DNA from: Eledone cirrhosa | Lineage: Eukaryota | Reading direction: 5' to 3' | Assembly: GCA_964016885.1 (NCBI GenBank) | Contig: OZ024741.1 | Span: 89,342,001-89,406,000 of the forward strand | DNA: 64,000 bases | Shown here: in pieces, positions 42,808-56,674 of the stretch | Position numbering within the stretch: the first letter of the stretch is position 1 | Layout: every line of letters begins with the position of its first letter | Translations under genes and position numbers: made by a program | Notes under the pieces: model-generated | The model's database searches: none | The model's input: only the letters and a program-made list of their open reading frames with translations | Told to the model about the DNA's origin: nothing

Positions 42808-42890
42808 ATTCCAGGTTCAATCGGGGGTAACCACATTAAGTAAGGCACTCAATACATAGCAGAGTATAAATATTTAATATTTTAATATAT

Positions 42891-42949
42891 AAATGGCTTC
42901 TACAGGACTAGAACTGTTTCATTCAGGAGAAATCATCAGGAATCCATTT
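42891..42949 (-). ncRNA. Type I hammerhead ribozyme
   Basis: Minus strand reads AAATGGATTC CTGATGA TTTC-TCCT-GAAT GAAACAG-TTCTAGTC-CTGTA GAAGCCATTT. Stem I pairs 9/10, stem III is ACAG/CTGT, cleavage site GUA. Confidence 0.8.
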
Positions 42950-43049
42950 CTATATTAAATGTATATATATATATATAAACGCACGCACGCGCGCGCGCAC
43001 ACACACACACATATATATATGTATATATATATATATGTAATATATATAT

Positions 43050-43095
<46 letters not shown>

Positions 43096-43128
43096 GTATA
43101 TATGTGTATAGATATGTGTATATTTATG

Positions 43129-43163
<35 letters not shown>

Positions 43164-43228
43164 GTATATGGGTATGTGTATGTATATGTGTATATATATG
43201 TATGTATGTGCGTATATGTATATGTATG

Positions 43229-43318
<90 letters not shown>

Positions 43319-43359
43319 TCTGTGTGTGTATGTGGACCCTACAACATACCGTTGGATAT

Positions 43360-43399
<40 letters not shown>

Positions 43400-43476
43400 G
43401 TATGTGTGTATGTATGTGTATGTATGTATATGTGTATATATATGTGTATATATATATATAAATATATGAGCGTGTG

Positions 43477-43938
<462 letters not shown>

Positions 43939-44172
43939 CTTGACTCTGTTTTCCGTTTATTTTTCACCGAAAGTAGTTTTTGAATGCATCTTCTCTTTTC
44001 ATGATATCCGGATTACATTGAGTTCTTCATACGGATTGGACACTACCGTAAACTTTTGGTAGATTTATCTATATATATATATATATATATATCCCCCACT
44101 CTCAAGAGCGTGAAACTAATAAACCTTTGTTCGTACTGCCTCTCTGTTTTGTTCCCGTTCCATTTTTCACTA

Positions 44173-44223
<51 letters not shown>

Positions 44224-44305
44224 TTGTATATGTATGTGCATGTGTATGTATATGTATATATATATATATATATGTGTGTGTATATATGTATATATATATA
44301 TGTAT

Positions 44306-44353
<48 letters not shown>

Positions 44354-44386
44354 GCATATATATATATGTGTATATATATGTATGTG

Positions 44387-44417
<31 letters not shown>

Positions 44418-44703
44418 GTATATATATGTATATGTGTATGTATATATATGCGCATGTGTGTATATGTGTGTATGTGTGTATATGTGTGTATATGTGTGCA
44501 TATGTATATATATATATATAGATTAAAGCAAACATCACGGACGCTCTATCTCAAAATTATTTTTGAAAAGCATTAGAAATGCGCAACCGGTAATACTTAA
44601 AACCAAAACTGAATACTAACCAATACTATTACTAATTCTCACTTATTCCTAATTAAACTATTTTTCACTGTGAACAATTTGTCAGCATTTTCTTTTCCGT
44701 TTA

Positions 44704-44805
<102 letters not shown>

Positions 44806-44907
44806 TATATGTGTGTATATATAAATATATATGTATATGTGTGTGTGTATATATATATATATATATACATATATATATGTGTGTATATGTATATATATAT
44901 ATATGTA

Positions 44908-44977
<70 letters not shown>

Positions 44978-44989
44978 AATGTGTCTGTT

Positions 44990-45390
44990 GACACCTGGAA
45001 TATAGCTTAAGAGAAACATGACAATAATGATAGGCACCCAATATTTTGAACTGGTTTATAGAATTCTCTTGGCTTTTGTCACTCTAAGTAGAGCTTTAAA
45101 GAATTAGCTTTTAAAGAATTTCCCTTTTCTTTAAATCCATCAACCATGACCGACCCCCTAACCACCTTATAGACACCTGAAATATAGGCATTGTTAGCTT
45201 AAGAGAAACTTAAAAATAAGGAGTGGCACCCCATTCTGAACTTGTTTATAGAATTCTTTCTGCCTTTGTCACTCTAAGTATAAATTATAGCCTTAAAGAA
45301 TTAGCTTTTAATGAATTCCCTTTTCTTTCAACCAATGACCTCCACCCATCCCACTCCCCACCCTCTCCTACCACCTGAAAAGATATAAAT
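44990..45390 (+). repeat. Tandem duplication of a ~185-bp unit
   Basis: ACACCTG..TAGCTTAAGAGAAAC..GTCACTCTAAGTA..AAAGAATTAGCTTTTAA occurs twice. Confidence 0.75.
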
Positions 45391-45416
45391 ACCACAACAT
45401 TTATTTTTGGAAAGCC

Positions 45417-45467
45417 AGATTCCTGATGATTTCTAAAGAATGAAACAGTTCTAGTCCTGTAGAATCT
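45417..45467 (+). ncRNA. Type I hammerhead ribozyme
   Basis: AGATTC CTGATGA TTTC-TAAA-GAAT GAAACAG-TTCTAGTC-CTGTA GAATCT. Perfect 6-bp stem I, 4-bp stem III, cleavage site GUA. Confidence 0.82.
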
Positions 45468-45555
45468 CATCTATATTAAAATATATATATATATATATTT
45501 CGTTTCTGAATTTGTTTAGCAAGATTCTTTATCTGAAAACGTGTGTTGAAACCGA

Positions 45556-47105
<1,550 letters not shown>

Positions 47106-47169
47106 TTCTACAGGACTAGAACTGTTTGTGTACGAATGTGTATTTTGTATGTATGTGTGTGCATGCGTG

Positions 47170-47204
<35 letters not shown>

Positions 47205-47385
47205 ATATATGTATATAAGGTTGTGCGTAGGTATGTGTGTGCGCGTATGTGTGTGTATATGTGTATGTATGCGTGGGTCATGCCTGTCGGACCGGATATA
47301 TGGCGCGACTTAAGCAGGCGTTAATAGGCTTGTGACGATCGGTATCTAGAAGTGGGTGTGCCTGGGTCTGTGGAAGTGAGGGAGA

Positions 47386-47416
<31 letters not shown>

Positions 47417-47763
47417 CATATATGTGTGGGTGTGTGTGTGTCTACGCATGTATGCCCACATATGTGTATGCACGCATGTGTCTGTGTCTGCTGTGTGTGT
47501 ATATGTGTGTGTGTGTATTTGTATGTGTGGGTACATACTCTGGAGTGTGAACAGACGTGTGAGATAACGAACCCAGCATGATTCCATTGAAGTGTGTCGG
47601 ACGGAAAATGGCTGATGATCCGTGTAGCAGTAAATAGTGACCAGAACTCAAGATGACGTGGAGTAACAACAGCCAATGGCATGACAAGAGTGGAAGAGGT
47701 TTTTTGAAGGCGTTTTTTTTATGATAACACCCCAGTGATAAAATTTGCTCCGAACGAACTACC

Positions 47764-47854
47764 CGTGTCTGAAGGAACCTGCAGCCATAGAATCAGCCAG
47801 ATCCATACAGGGACCATGTCTCGAGCTACCTGCCGGCGAAACAATTGTAACACG
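47764..47854 (+). ncRNA. Hammerhead-like motif with enlarged stem II (core mutated)
   Basis: CGTGT CTGAAGG AACCTGCAG..CTGCCGGC GAAACAATTGTA ACACG, followed by AATAAA. Stem I is CGTGT/ACACG and stem III is the palindrome ACAATTGT. Confidence 0.6.
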
Positions 47855-47913
47855 CAATAAAATGAGTCCAGATGCATCACTGATTTTTCGTTTTTTTATA
47901 CTATATATATATT

Positions 47914-47950
<37 letters not shown>

Positions 47951-48372
47951 AAATTCAGCGAGAATCGTATTTCGGCTGGTAGAAAAAGCGAAACGAAACG
48001 CAAAATCGTAGATATGTTGGCAAGCACTCCAATAGTTAGGAAAACTAGAGCTAAACAATATGTTAAAACGCCATACAAACTGAAAAAATGGTCAAGAAGG
48101 CATTAATCACCTAAGCCAAAAAAACAAATCAAGCTAAACAGGTCAAACAAAATAAATGATATATATATAAGTACGTATACGTACATACATATATGTATAC
48201 AGACGTACAGTAGTATGTATATACATACATGCACACATATATATATATATGTACGTATGGGTTTACCGAACATTTACTATAATGCTTGTTTTTTTTGTAA
48301 ACAAACATCCCGAATTAAGCCGTACAGTGTTCGGCAACCATCGTTGCCCTTTTGTTCAACACTTACAAAGGG

Positions 48373-48415
48373 ACGATGAACTAGTTTCTAGGTTTTTAGC
48401 TGTCATCAGCACCGT
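48373..48415 (-). ncRNA. Type I hammerhead ribozyme (array A)
   Basis: Minus strand reads ACGGTG CTGATGA CAGCTAAAAACCTA GAAACTAGTT CATCGT. Confidence 0.75.
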
Positions 48416-48695
48416 ATACCTTCCTGTCAGTCAATTGAATGTTTGAAAGTATATACTTTCCTTATGCATATTAACGGCTGAGCAGCCTAATTTGCATATC
48501 GAGTGAGTTAGTCGTATACATACTTATATTTAAGCCGTACTAAGAGTGAGAAATGAAATATCATTTCTCCCATTTATCGTTTTCGGTACGTCCGGCCGAC
48601 TAACTCACTCGATATGCAAATTAGGCTGCTCAGCCGTTAATATGCATAAGAAAAGTATATTTTTTCAAACGTTCAATTGACTGACAGGAAGGTAT

Positions 48696-48738
48696 ATGGT
48701 GCTGATGACAGCTAATAAGCTAGAAACTAGTTCATCGT
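48696..48738 (+). ncRNA. Type I hammerhead ribozyme (array A)
   Basis: ATGGTG CTGATGA C AGCT-AATA-AGCT A GAAACTAGTT CATCGT; palindromic stem III ACTAGT. Confidence 0.8.
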
Positions 48739-49118
48739 TCCTTTGTCAGTGTTGAACAAAAGGGCAACGATGGTTGCCGAACACTGTACGGCTTAATTCG
48801 GGCTGTTTGTTTACAAACAAACCGAGCATTATAATAAATGTTCGGTACACTCATACGTACATATATATATGTGTGCATGTATGTATGTATATACATACTA
48901 CTGTACGTCTGTATACATATATATATGTACGTATACATACTTATATTTAAGTATCAGCCGTACTAAGAGTGAGAAATGAAATTCATTTTTTCCATTTATC
49001 GTTTTCGGTACGCCCGGCCGACTAATTCACTCGATATGCAAATTAGGCTGCTCAGCCGTTAATATGCATAAGGAAAGTATATTTTTTTCAAACATTCAAT
49101 TGACTGACAGGAAGGTAT

Positions 49119-49161
49119 ACGGTGCTGATGACAGCTAATAAGTGAGAAACTAGTTCATCGT
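49119..49161 (+). ncRNA. Type I hammerhead ribozyme (array A, stem II damaged)
   Basis: ACGGTG CTGATGA CAGCTAATAAGTGA GAAACTAGTT CATCGT. Confidence 0.7.
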
Positions 49162-49412
49162 TCCTTTGTCAGAGTTGAACAAAAGAGCAACGATGGTTGC
49201 CGAACACTGTACGGCTTAATCGGGCTGTTTACAAACAAACTGAGCATTATAATAAATGTTCGGTAAACCCATACGTACATATATATATGTGTGCATGTAT
49301 GTATATACATACTACTGTACGTCTGTATACATATATATATGTACGTATACATACTTATATTTAATTATCAGCCATACTAAGAGTGAGAAATGAAATTTCA
49401 TTTTTTCCATTG

Positions 49413-49572
<160 letters not shown>

Positions 49573-49819
49573 TATATACATATATGCAGGTATGTTTGAG
49601 TGTGTGCGTGACAAAACTGGGAGAAACAAGAGGAGTTATTGCTCTCTTGTAATAACCGCTCACGGTGTTATGTTAACGCACTTTTTTTTCTCTTCTCTCG
49701 TCTGTCTTATATACATTCCAGCGTCCTCATATGTATGAATGTATGTATGTATGTATGTTTGTATGTACATTGAGGATCTGCGGTGCGAAGACAATACATA
49801 CATACATACACACACACAC

Positions 49820-49909
<90 letters not shown>

Positions 49910-49978
49910 AAAAAGGGATGAAATCGAAAATGCAACTGAAGTCTTATTTTTTTTTTAAATATATATATTTATTTGGTT

Positions 49979-50016
49979 CCTTTACCGGTTTCGCAGTTCT
50001 TCTGCTTTTCAAAAGG
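49979..50016 (-). ncRNA. Variant-core (U3-A8) hammerhead, left palindrome arm
   Basis: Reverse complement of the 50089-50126 motif. Confidence 0.72.
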
Positions 50017-50088
50017 TGAGTTGAGATGGAGGGTCTGTGGTTTTTCTCACAGATGTGAGAAAAACCACAGACCCTCCATCTCAACTCA

Positions 50089-50126
50089 CCTTTTGAAAAG
50101 CAGAAGAACTGCGAAACCGGTAAAGG
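50089..50126 (+). ncRNA. Variant-core (U3-A8) hammerhead, right palindrome arm
   Basis: CCTT TTGAAAA GCAG-AAGAA-CTGC GAAACCGGTA AAGG, followed by AAATAAAT. All three stems form. Confidence 0.72.
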
Positions 50127-50257
50127 AACCAAATAAATATATATATTTAAAAAAAAAATAAGACTTCAGTTGCATTTTCGATTTCATCCCTTTTTCTTTA
50201 TACTTCCACTCGTGTAGGACACCTCGGTTATTTTTCATTTTGTAAAAAAAACCTCAC

Positions 50258-50334
<77 letters not shown>

Positions 50335-50418
50335 GAAAAATTGAACGGGAACAAAACATAGAGGCAGTAAAACAAATGTTTATTAATTTCACGCTCTTGA
50401 GAGTGGGGTGTTGGTGGG

Positions 50419-50453
50419 GAACGACGTTTCGGGCATAAGCCCTTCTTCAGGTG
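50419..50453 (-). ncRNA. Minimal hammerhead ribozyme
   Basis: Minus strand reads CAC CTGAAGA A GGGC-TTAT-GCCC GAAACGTC GTT; stem I is weak. The downstream ~80 bp recurs at 44091-44172 (+). Confidence 0.68.
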
Positions 50454-50522
50454 AAAAGTGTGTGGGAAGAGAGTTCAAAGGGTGTGTAGGGGAGTGGTGG
50501 AGAGACATATAGCAAAAAGAGG

Positions 50523-50580
<58 letters not shown>

Positions 50581-51126
50581 TGCGATAATATTGCATTTTG
50601 CTGAACTCCTTACTGTAGAGTTTTTTTCGGAATGTTTTTGACTGTTGTTTCTTGTAAACAAACTTTCGTCTCATTCTGACGTCAATAGCCATTTTTTCCT
50701 CATGTGCGTTTTTCGTGATCGCGCATGATGTTGGACTGGCCAGCTTTAGAATTCCCTTTTTGGCATATTAATCTGCGAGAATCCTGGTTATCGAGTTGAG
50801 CTCTGCTGATGATGAACCCTAACCGTGACCATCTCCGCTGAAAGTTTTCATGAAATAGTCTTACGACTATACAGAGCATTTGAAGTTTTTCCAAATTGAA
50901 GGATAGGTATCTTGAACTTTATTTTATCATGAGTTAAGGCTCTATTGATTTTTCCCTGGATTTCACTAAATTCTGTGGATGAATTTATATCCTGATTCTC
51001 TTTAAGATGAGTTTAAATTATTTTCCCCACATCTTACGTTAACTATTTTTCCCATTTTGACGCTATAGTCACTTATATACTATGGAATGCTGTTCGCTTT
51101 TCGCTGCAGTGTTTTCTATACCTTTC

Positions 51127-51231
<105 letters not shown>

Positions 51232-51353
51232 ATGTAGAAAGGCAACACACGAGTTGATATATATAAAAACAAATAGTAGAAAGGAAAAAGAATTTTTCAG
51301 TAGAAAATGTTGAAGAGATTCTTTTAGTGAAATTTCAAAACATTAATTTATTT

Positions 51354-51391
51354 ACAATACCGGTTTCAGCATTAAATGCATTGTCAATTGT
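51354..51391 (-). ncRNA. Variant-core (U3-A8) hammerhead
   Basis: Minus strand reads ACAA TTGACAA T GCAT-TTA-ATGC T GAAACCGGTA TTGT, followed by AAATAAAT. Confidence 0.7.
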
Positions 51392-51493
51392 GGATATGCA
51401 GAATATTGTTAAGTTACATATTTGTACAAATAGTGAAAATAATGATAATTAAAAAAAAAAATATATATATATATAAAGAGTCCTGTAGAAGTC

Positions 51494-51581
<88 letters not shown>

Positions 51582-51583
<2 letters not shown>

Positions 51584-53858
51584 GACTTCCATAGCTAGAA
51601 ATAAGATTAGACGAATAGTAGACAGGTATACTAAGAGACAGAGCAGACCAGAGGAACAACAACTTGGGAGGAAACCTGTAGAAGGCTTGGTTAGCCTCAA
51701 GCAGCGCACAAGGGATGGTGAGGTAGTATGTCTACCCACGGATAAGTCTGGTAGGATGTCAATAGATAGCATGCCGAACTACATCAAGGCTATGCAACCC
51801 CACATCACCAACACGAGCGAAATTGCACAACAAACACACGATGGGAGAGAGAAAATCCTCAACGCTCACATGATGATGTGGACTGACATCCTAAAGCCAA
51901 GCAGACGCACTGCCAACAACTTCCAGGCGTCTAACAATGGCATACCACCCTTGTATGGGCTCCGCAAAGACCACAAGACAGTCGACGACCCGACAACAGG
52001 ACCACCAACAAGACCCGTATGCGGAGCTAATATAGCTAGCAACTACAGGATCTCCTACTTCCTCTCAATGGTTATACGCCCCATAATCAAGATGTCCCCA
52101 GATGTATGTGACAGTACAGAGGACCTCCTCAGCAGAATCAGTGAGTGCAACAAAAACAGGAACCTATCCAACTGCATAATAGGCAGCATGGATGTGGTGT
52201 CACTGTACCCATCCATTAACATTGATTTTGCTGTGAAAAGATGTGTGGAGATGATCATTGAGAGTGAGATGGAGTTCTGCGACGTCGACACAGACGAACT
52301 GGGCCTCCTACTTAGACTTACCTACGACACTGACTACCTAGACAGCCATGACCTTAGATGTTTCTGCCCTAGTAGACCTATAAGAGGTAGACCCCCCACC
52401 ATAACCTCTATGGCAAAAAAGACTCCCATGGGAAGGTGGATTAGGTGGACCAAAGCTATACGGACTCCCCAAAACAATGATCAGGTAAGAAAAACGGTAG
52501 CACATGCAATAGGGGCTAGTATCAAAACTACCCTAAAGGGCCACATATTTAAGTTTAACGAGAAGATCTACACCCAAAATGAGGGAGCAGCCATCGGCGT
52601 CAGCATAGCTGGTGATGTTGCCAACCTTTTCATGGTATGGTGGGAAAGGAGACTTAAAGATCTCCTTAATGAGAGCTCCATAGACCTCATCATGTACTCT
52701 CGTTATGTAGACGATATCAATATAGTTATAAGAACACCCCCACTAGAGAGCACTAACAAGTTTGAATTAGAACGTAGCACAATGGAAAGCATCCAGCAGA
52801 TAGCTAATTCCATACACCAGAGTATAACTGTAACTATCGACTTCCCTTCCAAACACACTAACAGTAGACTACCTGTGTTAGACACAGAACTCTGGATTAA
52901 CACTATAGACGAAAGAGCCCAAATTCTCCACTCACACTATGATAAACCCCTGGCCTCCAAATACTTGATACTAAAAAACTCAACAATGTCCAGTAGTGTT
53001 AAGTTTAATATTCTGATCGCAGATTTGGTACGAGTGATGAAGAATGTGTCCCGCATGTGCGACCCAACAGAAATGGAAAGACACATCCAACACTTCATCA
53101 ATCGCATGCAGTTCTCTGGCTACAACCAAAGAGACAGAGTCAGAGTATACGAAGGAGCCATGGAGAAGTATAAGACCCTCATAGAACTGGGCATGAAAGG
53201 AATTTGCCCATTATACAGGAGCAAATCATGGAATAGCTTAGATAGGACAAGACATAAGATAGCGAAAGCCACCTCATGGTACGACAACAAGAGATACCAG
53301 AGTGTCTTGTTTGTGGACGCTACCCCTGGAGGCAAATTAGCTAACCAGTGTAGAAAGGCCCTGAGAAAGACCCACTTAAAAATGAAGGTGGTAGAAAAGC
53401 CAGGAACCACCATAAAATCCCTGATCAGCCAAACCTACCCTTTTAAGGAAACCCACTGTACCAATAGGAAATGTATCATTTGTAAGGTGAACCCCCGGAT
53501 AAACTGTAAAACTAGAAACGTAGTCTATAGCATAAGATGTACAGAGGGTACCTGCAGAAACATGACAACAACATACATAGGTGAGACAGCTCGTAGCATA
53601 GGTGAAAGGATAGACCAACACTGGGGGGAACTAAAAGGACGAAAAAACGGGTCAGTACTATACGAACATGCTAGACAACAACATGACGGTAACATAGACA
53701 ACATAGAAATTAGAATAATATCTAAACATAGAAATGACGCAGCAGATAGGCAAATCAGAGAGGCCACTGAAATAGAAATTAGAAGACCAAGGCTAAACAG
53801 AAAGAATGAATGGAATAACAACACCCAAACAAACAACACTGACCTAAGAGAAGTATAA
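51582..53858 (+). CDS. Penelope-like element polyprotein: reverse transcriptase + C-terminal GIY-YIG endonuclease (probably 5'-truncated)
   Basis: Uninterrupted 758 aa. Motifs PTDKSG, LYGLRKDHK, RPV, SMDVVSLYPSI, QNEGAAIG, RYVDD and LPVLD; Cys-rich linker (CTNRKCIIC); NVVYSIRC..YIGETARSIGERIDQH..REATEI..PRLN. Confidence 0.95.
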
Positions 53859-54334
53859 ATAAGTAAATAAAATAAAATAAATAAATAAATACATACACAA
53901 GCACAATAACAACAAGCACATAAACACACACTAGTCACCCATCACACAGCAAACAAAACACTATGCACACACGCAAACGCATGCGCAAAGAAGACAAAAT
54001 AAAATAAACAAACAAGCAAATAAATAAATAAATATATAGACAGACTGAATAAAAATGGCGTAGACATACAATACAACAGGAGGATAATATAACACCACTG
54101 ACGATGTTGCAGATGTGCAACGAAAGATTTATGATAAACTATATATATGTGTTTGTGTCTATATTGTATCTGTATTATATTTGACCGCCGGTCAGTCAAT
54201 GGCAACATTGAGGACCGAGTAAGTTAGATTACCATATAAAAGACACAGAAGCGAGAAGCGAAAACCAACCAAACAGTGAGTGTGTTCTGTTATTAATTCT
54301 GGCAATATTACACAATGTGACCCTCCCCAAGTAT

Positions 54335-54338
<4 letters not shown>
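51590..54338 (+). mobile_element. Penelope-like retroelement inserted in (TA)n
   Basis: ORF plus a ~480-bp 3' UTR containing a hammerhead. Ends TGACCCTCCCCAAGTATAACA(A)(TA)n, with TA tracts on both flanks. Confidence 0.92.
54094..54135 (+). ncRNA. Minimal hammerhead ribozyme in the Penelope-like 3' UTR
   Basis: ACCA CTGACGA T GTTGCA-GATG-TGCAAC GAAAGATTTA TGAT; perfect 6-bp stem II. Confidence 0.78.
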
Positions 54339-54415
<77 letters not shown>

Positions 54416-54518
54416 TAAGTGTAGAGAACAAACAGACAAAATTTACCTATTTTTTCCTCGACACTACTCCCATATATGTGTTTGTGCATATGCATAAATA
54501 TGTATGTGTATCCTCTAT

Positions 54519-54616
<98 letters not shown>

Positions 54617-54778
54617 GTATGTTCATCACCCTGGTGGTTTTATATTCCGTATAATCGAACACATATATTTATGTGTATTTCTCTCCTTACTGTTTTATAT
54701 AACGCTCGGAATTTGTTCCTTGAGCTCAATTATTCAGAGATTTTAACTCGATATTTTAATTATATATATATATTCTTT

Positions 54779-54812
54779 CTTCTGATGAAGGAGTAGCGTC
54801 CGAAACGTTCCT
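54779..54812 (+). ncRNA. Minimal hammerhead motif (3' arm of stem I deleted)
   Basis: CTGATGA A GGA-GTAGCG-TCC GAAACGTT. The downstream TTCCTGCTAT.TCAAGCGTTAA.CTAATATAT is shared with the 38890-39023 minus copy. Confidence 0.55.
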
Positions 54813-55479
54813 TCCTGCTATATCAAGCGTTAACCTAATATATCCCTTCCATATACTGTACCGATTGTGTTGTTATTTCTGTTTACCTTTTACACACACA
54901 CATATATATATAAATAAGAGTCATATATCATAAGATAGAGGAGAAGGAACTATGATATAATATGTTAGATGACCTTAGCTGAAGCGCAGCGTGCTAAATG
55001 CTTAAAGATTCGAGATTAAATAATATAGTGGCGTTAATGTTGCTTCTCCACCATACATTTCTCTGTATATGAATAATATATAATAGCAACTTTTACCCCC
55101 TTTCTTGCTCCCTGTTAAATTTGCAGTGATTCCCCATCATAGGCTTTCAAGATGAATAAAACGTACACCAACATGGCAGGTTCAAGACTCAACAACCTAG
55201 TCACAGGTAGCTAGTCACAGGTAGCTCTTCAATGCTGGAGGTCGATAGATACTGATTGATTGATTAATATGTAGTTAGGTGGAGAGATATATGATAATTA
55301 AAATGATCGATATAAAGGTGGAAATTTATACAAAGCAGTGGATGATTTGAGGACTTGATAGATAGATAGCTGGATCGCTAGATAAATAGATATAAAGATT
55401 GATAGATGGACAGCGAAATGTATATACAGTATATATATATATATACATACGTGTACGTTCGTCCCTCTCTCTCCACTCC

Positions 55480-55688
55480 TTCCTTTCCTCCACCCTGGTG
55501 AGCAGCATCCTCTTCTCTCCAACATGGACTAGTTGCAACAGTGAGTTAGGTGAAGCTCTCCAGCAATGGAGTAAGTTGGGCTTGTCTCTTCCTGAGAAGG
55601 TAGAGGACTGTCGAAGTCAGAGAACTTGGGACAGCATAAGTTCGAAGGCCACCTTCGACTCCCTCTTCGTCCAGTCAGATCAGTTTGC
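55480..55688 (+). mobile_element. Possible non-LTR (CRE-like) retrotransposon fragment in (TA)n
   Basis: GC-richer island translating EALQQWSKLGLSLPEKVEDCRSQRTWDSI. The resemblance is weak. Confidence 0.3.
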
Positions 55689-55707
55689 ATATATATATAT
55701 ATATATA

Positions 55708-55861
55708 CAGTAAAATTCCGTTATAACGAAATTCACGGGATATTAAAACATTTGTTGTAACGAGAAATTCTTTAAAACAAGCGTGTGGCCGGGATTGAAA
55801 AAAATTTCGTTATACTGAAAAATTCGTTATAATGGCATTCGTTATAACGGAATTTTACCTG
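55708..55861. mobile_element. Tigger-like MITE
   Basis: TA|CAGTAAAATTCCGTTATAACGAA and TTCGTTATAACGGAATTTTACCTG|TA. Confidence 0.85.
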
Positions 55862-56088
55862 TATGTATATATATATATATATAAGTATGTATACGTACAT
55901 ACATATATGTATACAGACTTACAGTAGTATGTATATATATATACATACATGCACACATATATATATGTACGTATGGATTCACCGAACATTTATTATAATG
56001 CTCGGTGTGTTTGTAAACAAACATCCCGAATTAAGCCGTACAGTGTCTAGCAACCATCGTTGCTCATTTGTTCAACACTGACAAAGGA

Positions 56089-56131
56089 ACGCTGTACTAG
56101 TTTCAATCTTATTAGCTATCGTCAGCAACGT
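56089..56131 (-). ncRNA. Type I hammerhead ribozyme (array B)
   Basis: Minus strand reads ACGTTG CTGACGA TAGCTAATAAGATT GAAACTAGTA CAGCGT. Confidence 0.78.
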
Positions 56132-56631
56132 ATACCTTCCTGCCAGATGATTGAACGTCTGAAAGTATATACTTTCCTTATGCATATTAACAGCTGAGCA
56201 GCCTAATTTGAATATCGAGTGAGTTAATCCGCCGGGGTACCGAAAACGATAAACGGAAAAAATGAAACGAAATTTCATTTCTCACTCTTAGTACGGCTGT
56301 TACTTAAATATAAGTATGTATACGTACATACATATATGTATACAGACGTAAAGTAGTATGTATATATATATATACATACATGCACACATATATATATGTA
56401 CGTATGGATTCACCGAACATTTATTATAATGCTCGGTGTGTTTGTAAACAAACATCCCGAATTAAGCCGTACAGTGTCTAGCAACCATCGTTGCTCATTT
56501 GTTCAACACTTTATCGTTTTCGGTACCCCGGCCGATTAACTCACTCGATATGCAAATTAGGCTGCTCAGCCGTTAATATGCATAAGGAAAGTATATACTT
56601 TCAGACGTTCAATCATCTGGCAGGAAGGTAT

Positions 56632-56674
56632 ACGTTGCTGACGATAGCTAATAAGCTTGAAACTAGTACAGCGT
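56632..56674 (+). ncRNA. Type I hammerhead ribozyme (array B), best-preserved copy
   Basis: ACGTTG CTGACGA T AGCT-AATA-AGCT T GAAACTAGTA CAGCGT. 6-bp stem I, 4-bp stem II, palindromic stem III, cleavage site GUA. Confidence 0.87.

Larger units (their letters stand above)
48168..49410. mobile_element. Retrozyme-like array A: ~0.8 inverted plus ~2.1 direct copies of a 423-bp monomer
   Basis: Minus copy 48168-48514 and plus copies 48513-49410. Hammerhead cores at 48702 and 49125 give a period of 423. Confidence 0.88.
49903..50202. repeat. Perfect ~149-bp-arm palindrome with a 2-nt spacer
   Basis: Centre CTCACA-GA-TGTGAG at 50046-50059. Mirror ORFs 49944-50132(-) and 49973-50161(+) are almost identical. 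Confidence 0.95.

Noticed and set aside
49944-50161. Twin 62-aa ORFs on opposite strands
   Set aside because: A consequence of the palindrome, with no protein features.
51582-53858. Naiad/Chlamys-type (N-terminal endonuclease, selenoprotein) PLE or telomerase
   Set aside because: The GIY-YIG domain is C-terminal and there is no in-frame TGA; telomerase has no endonuclease domain.
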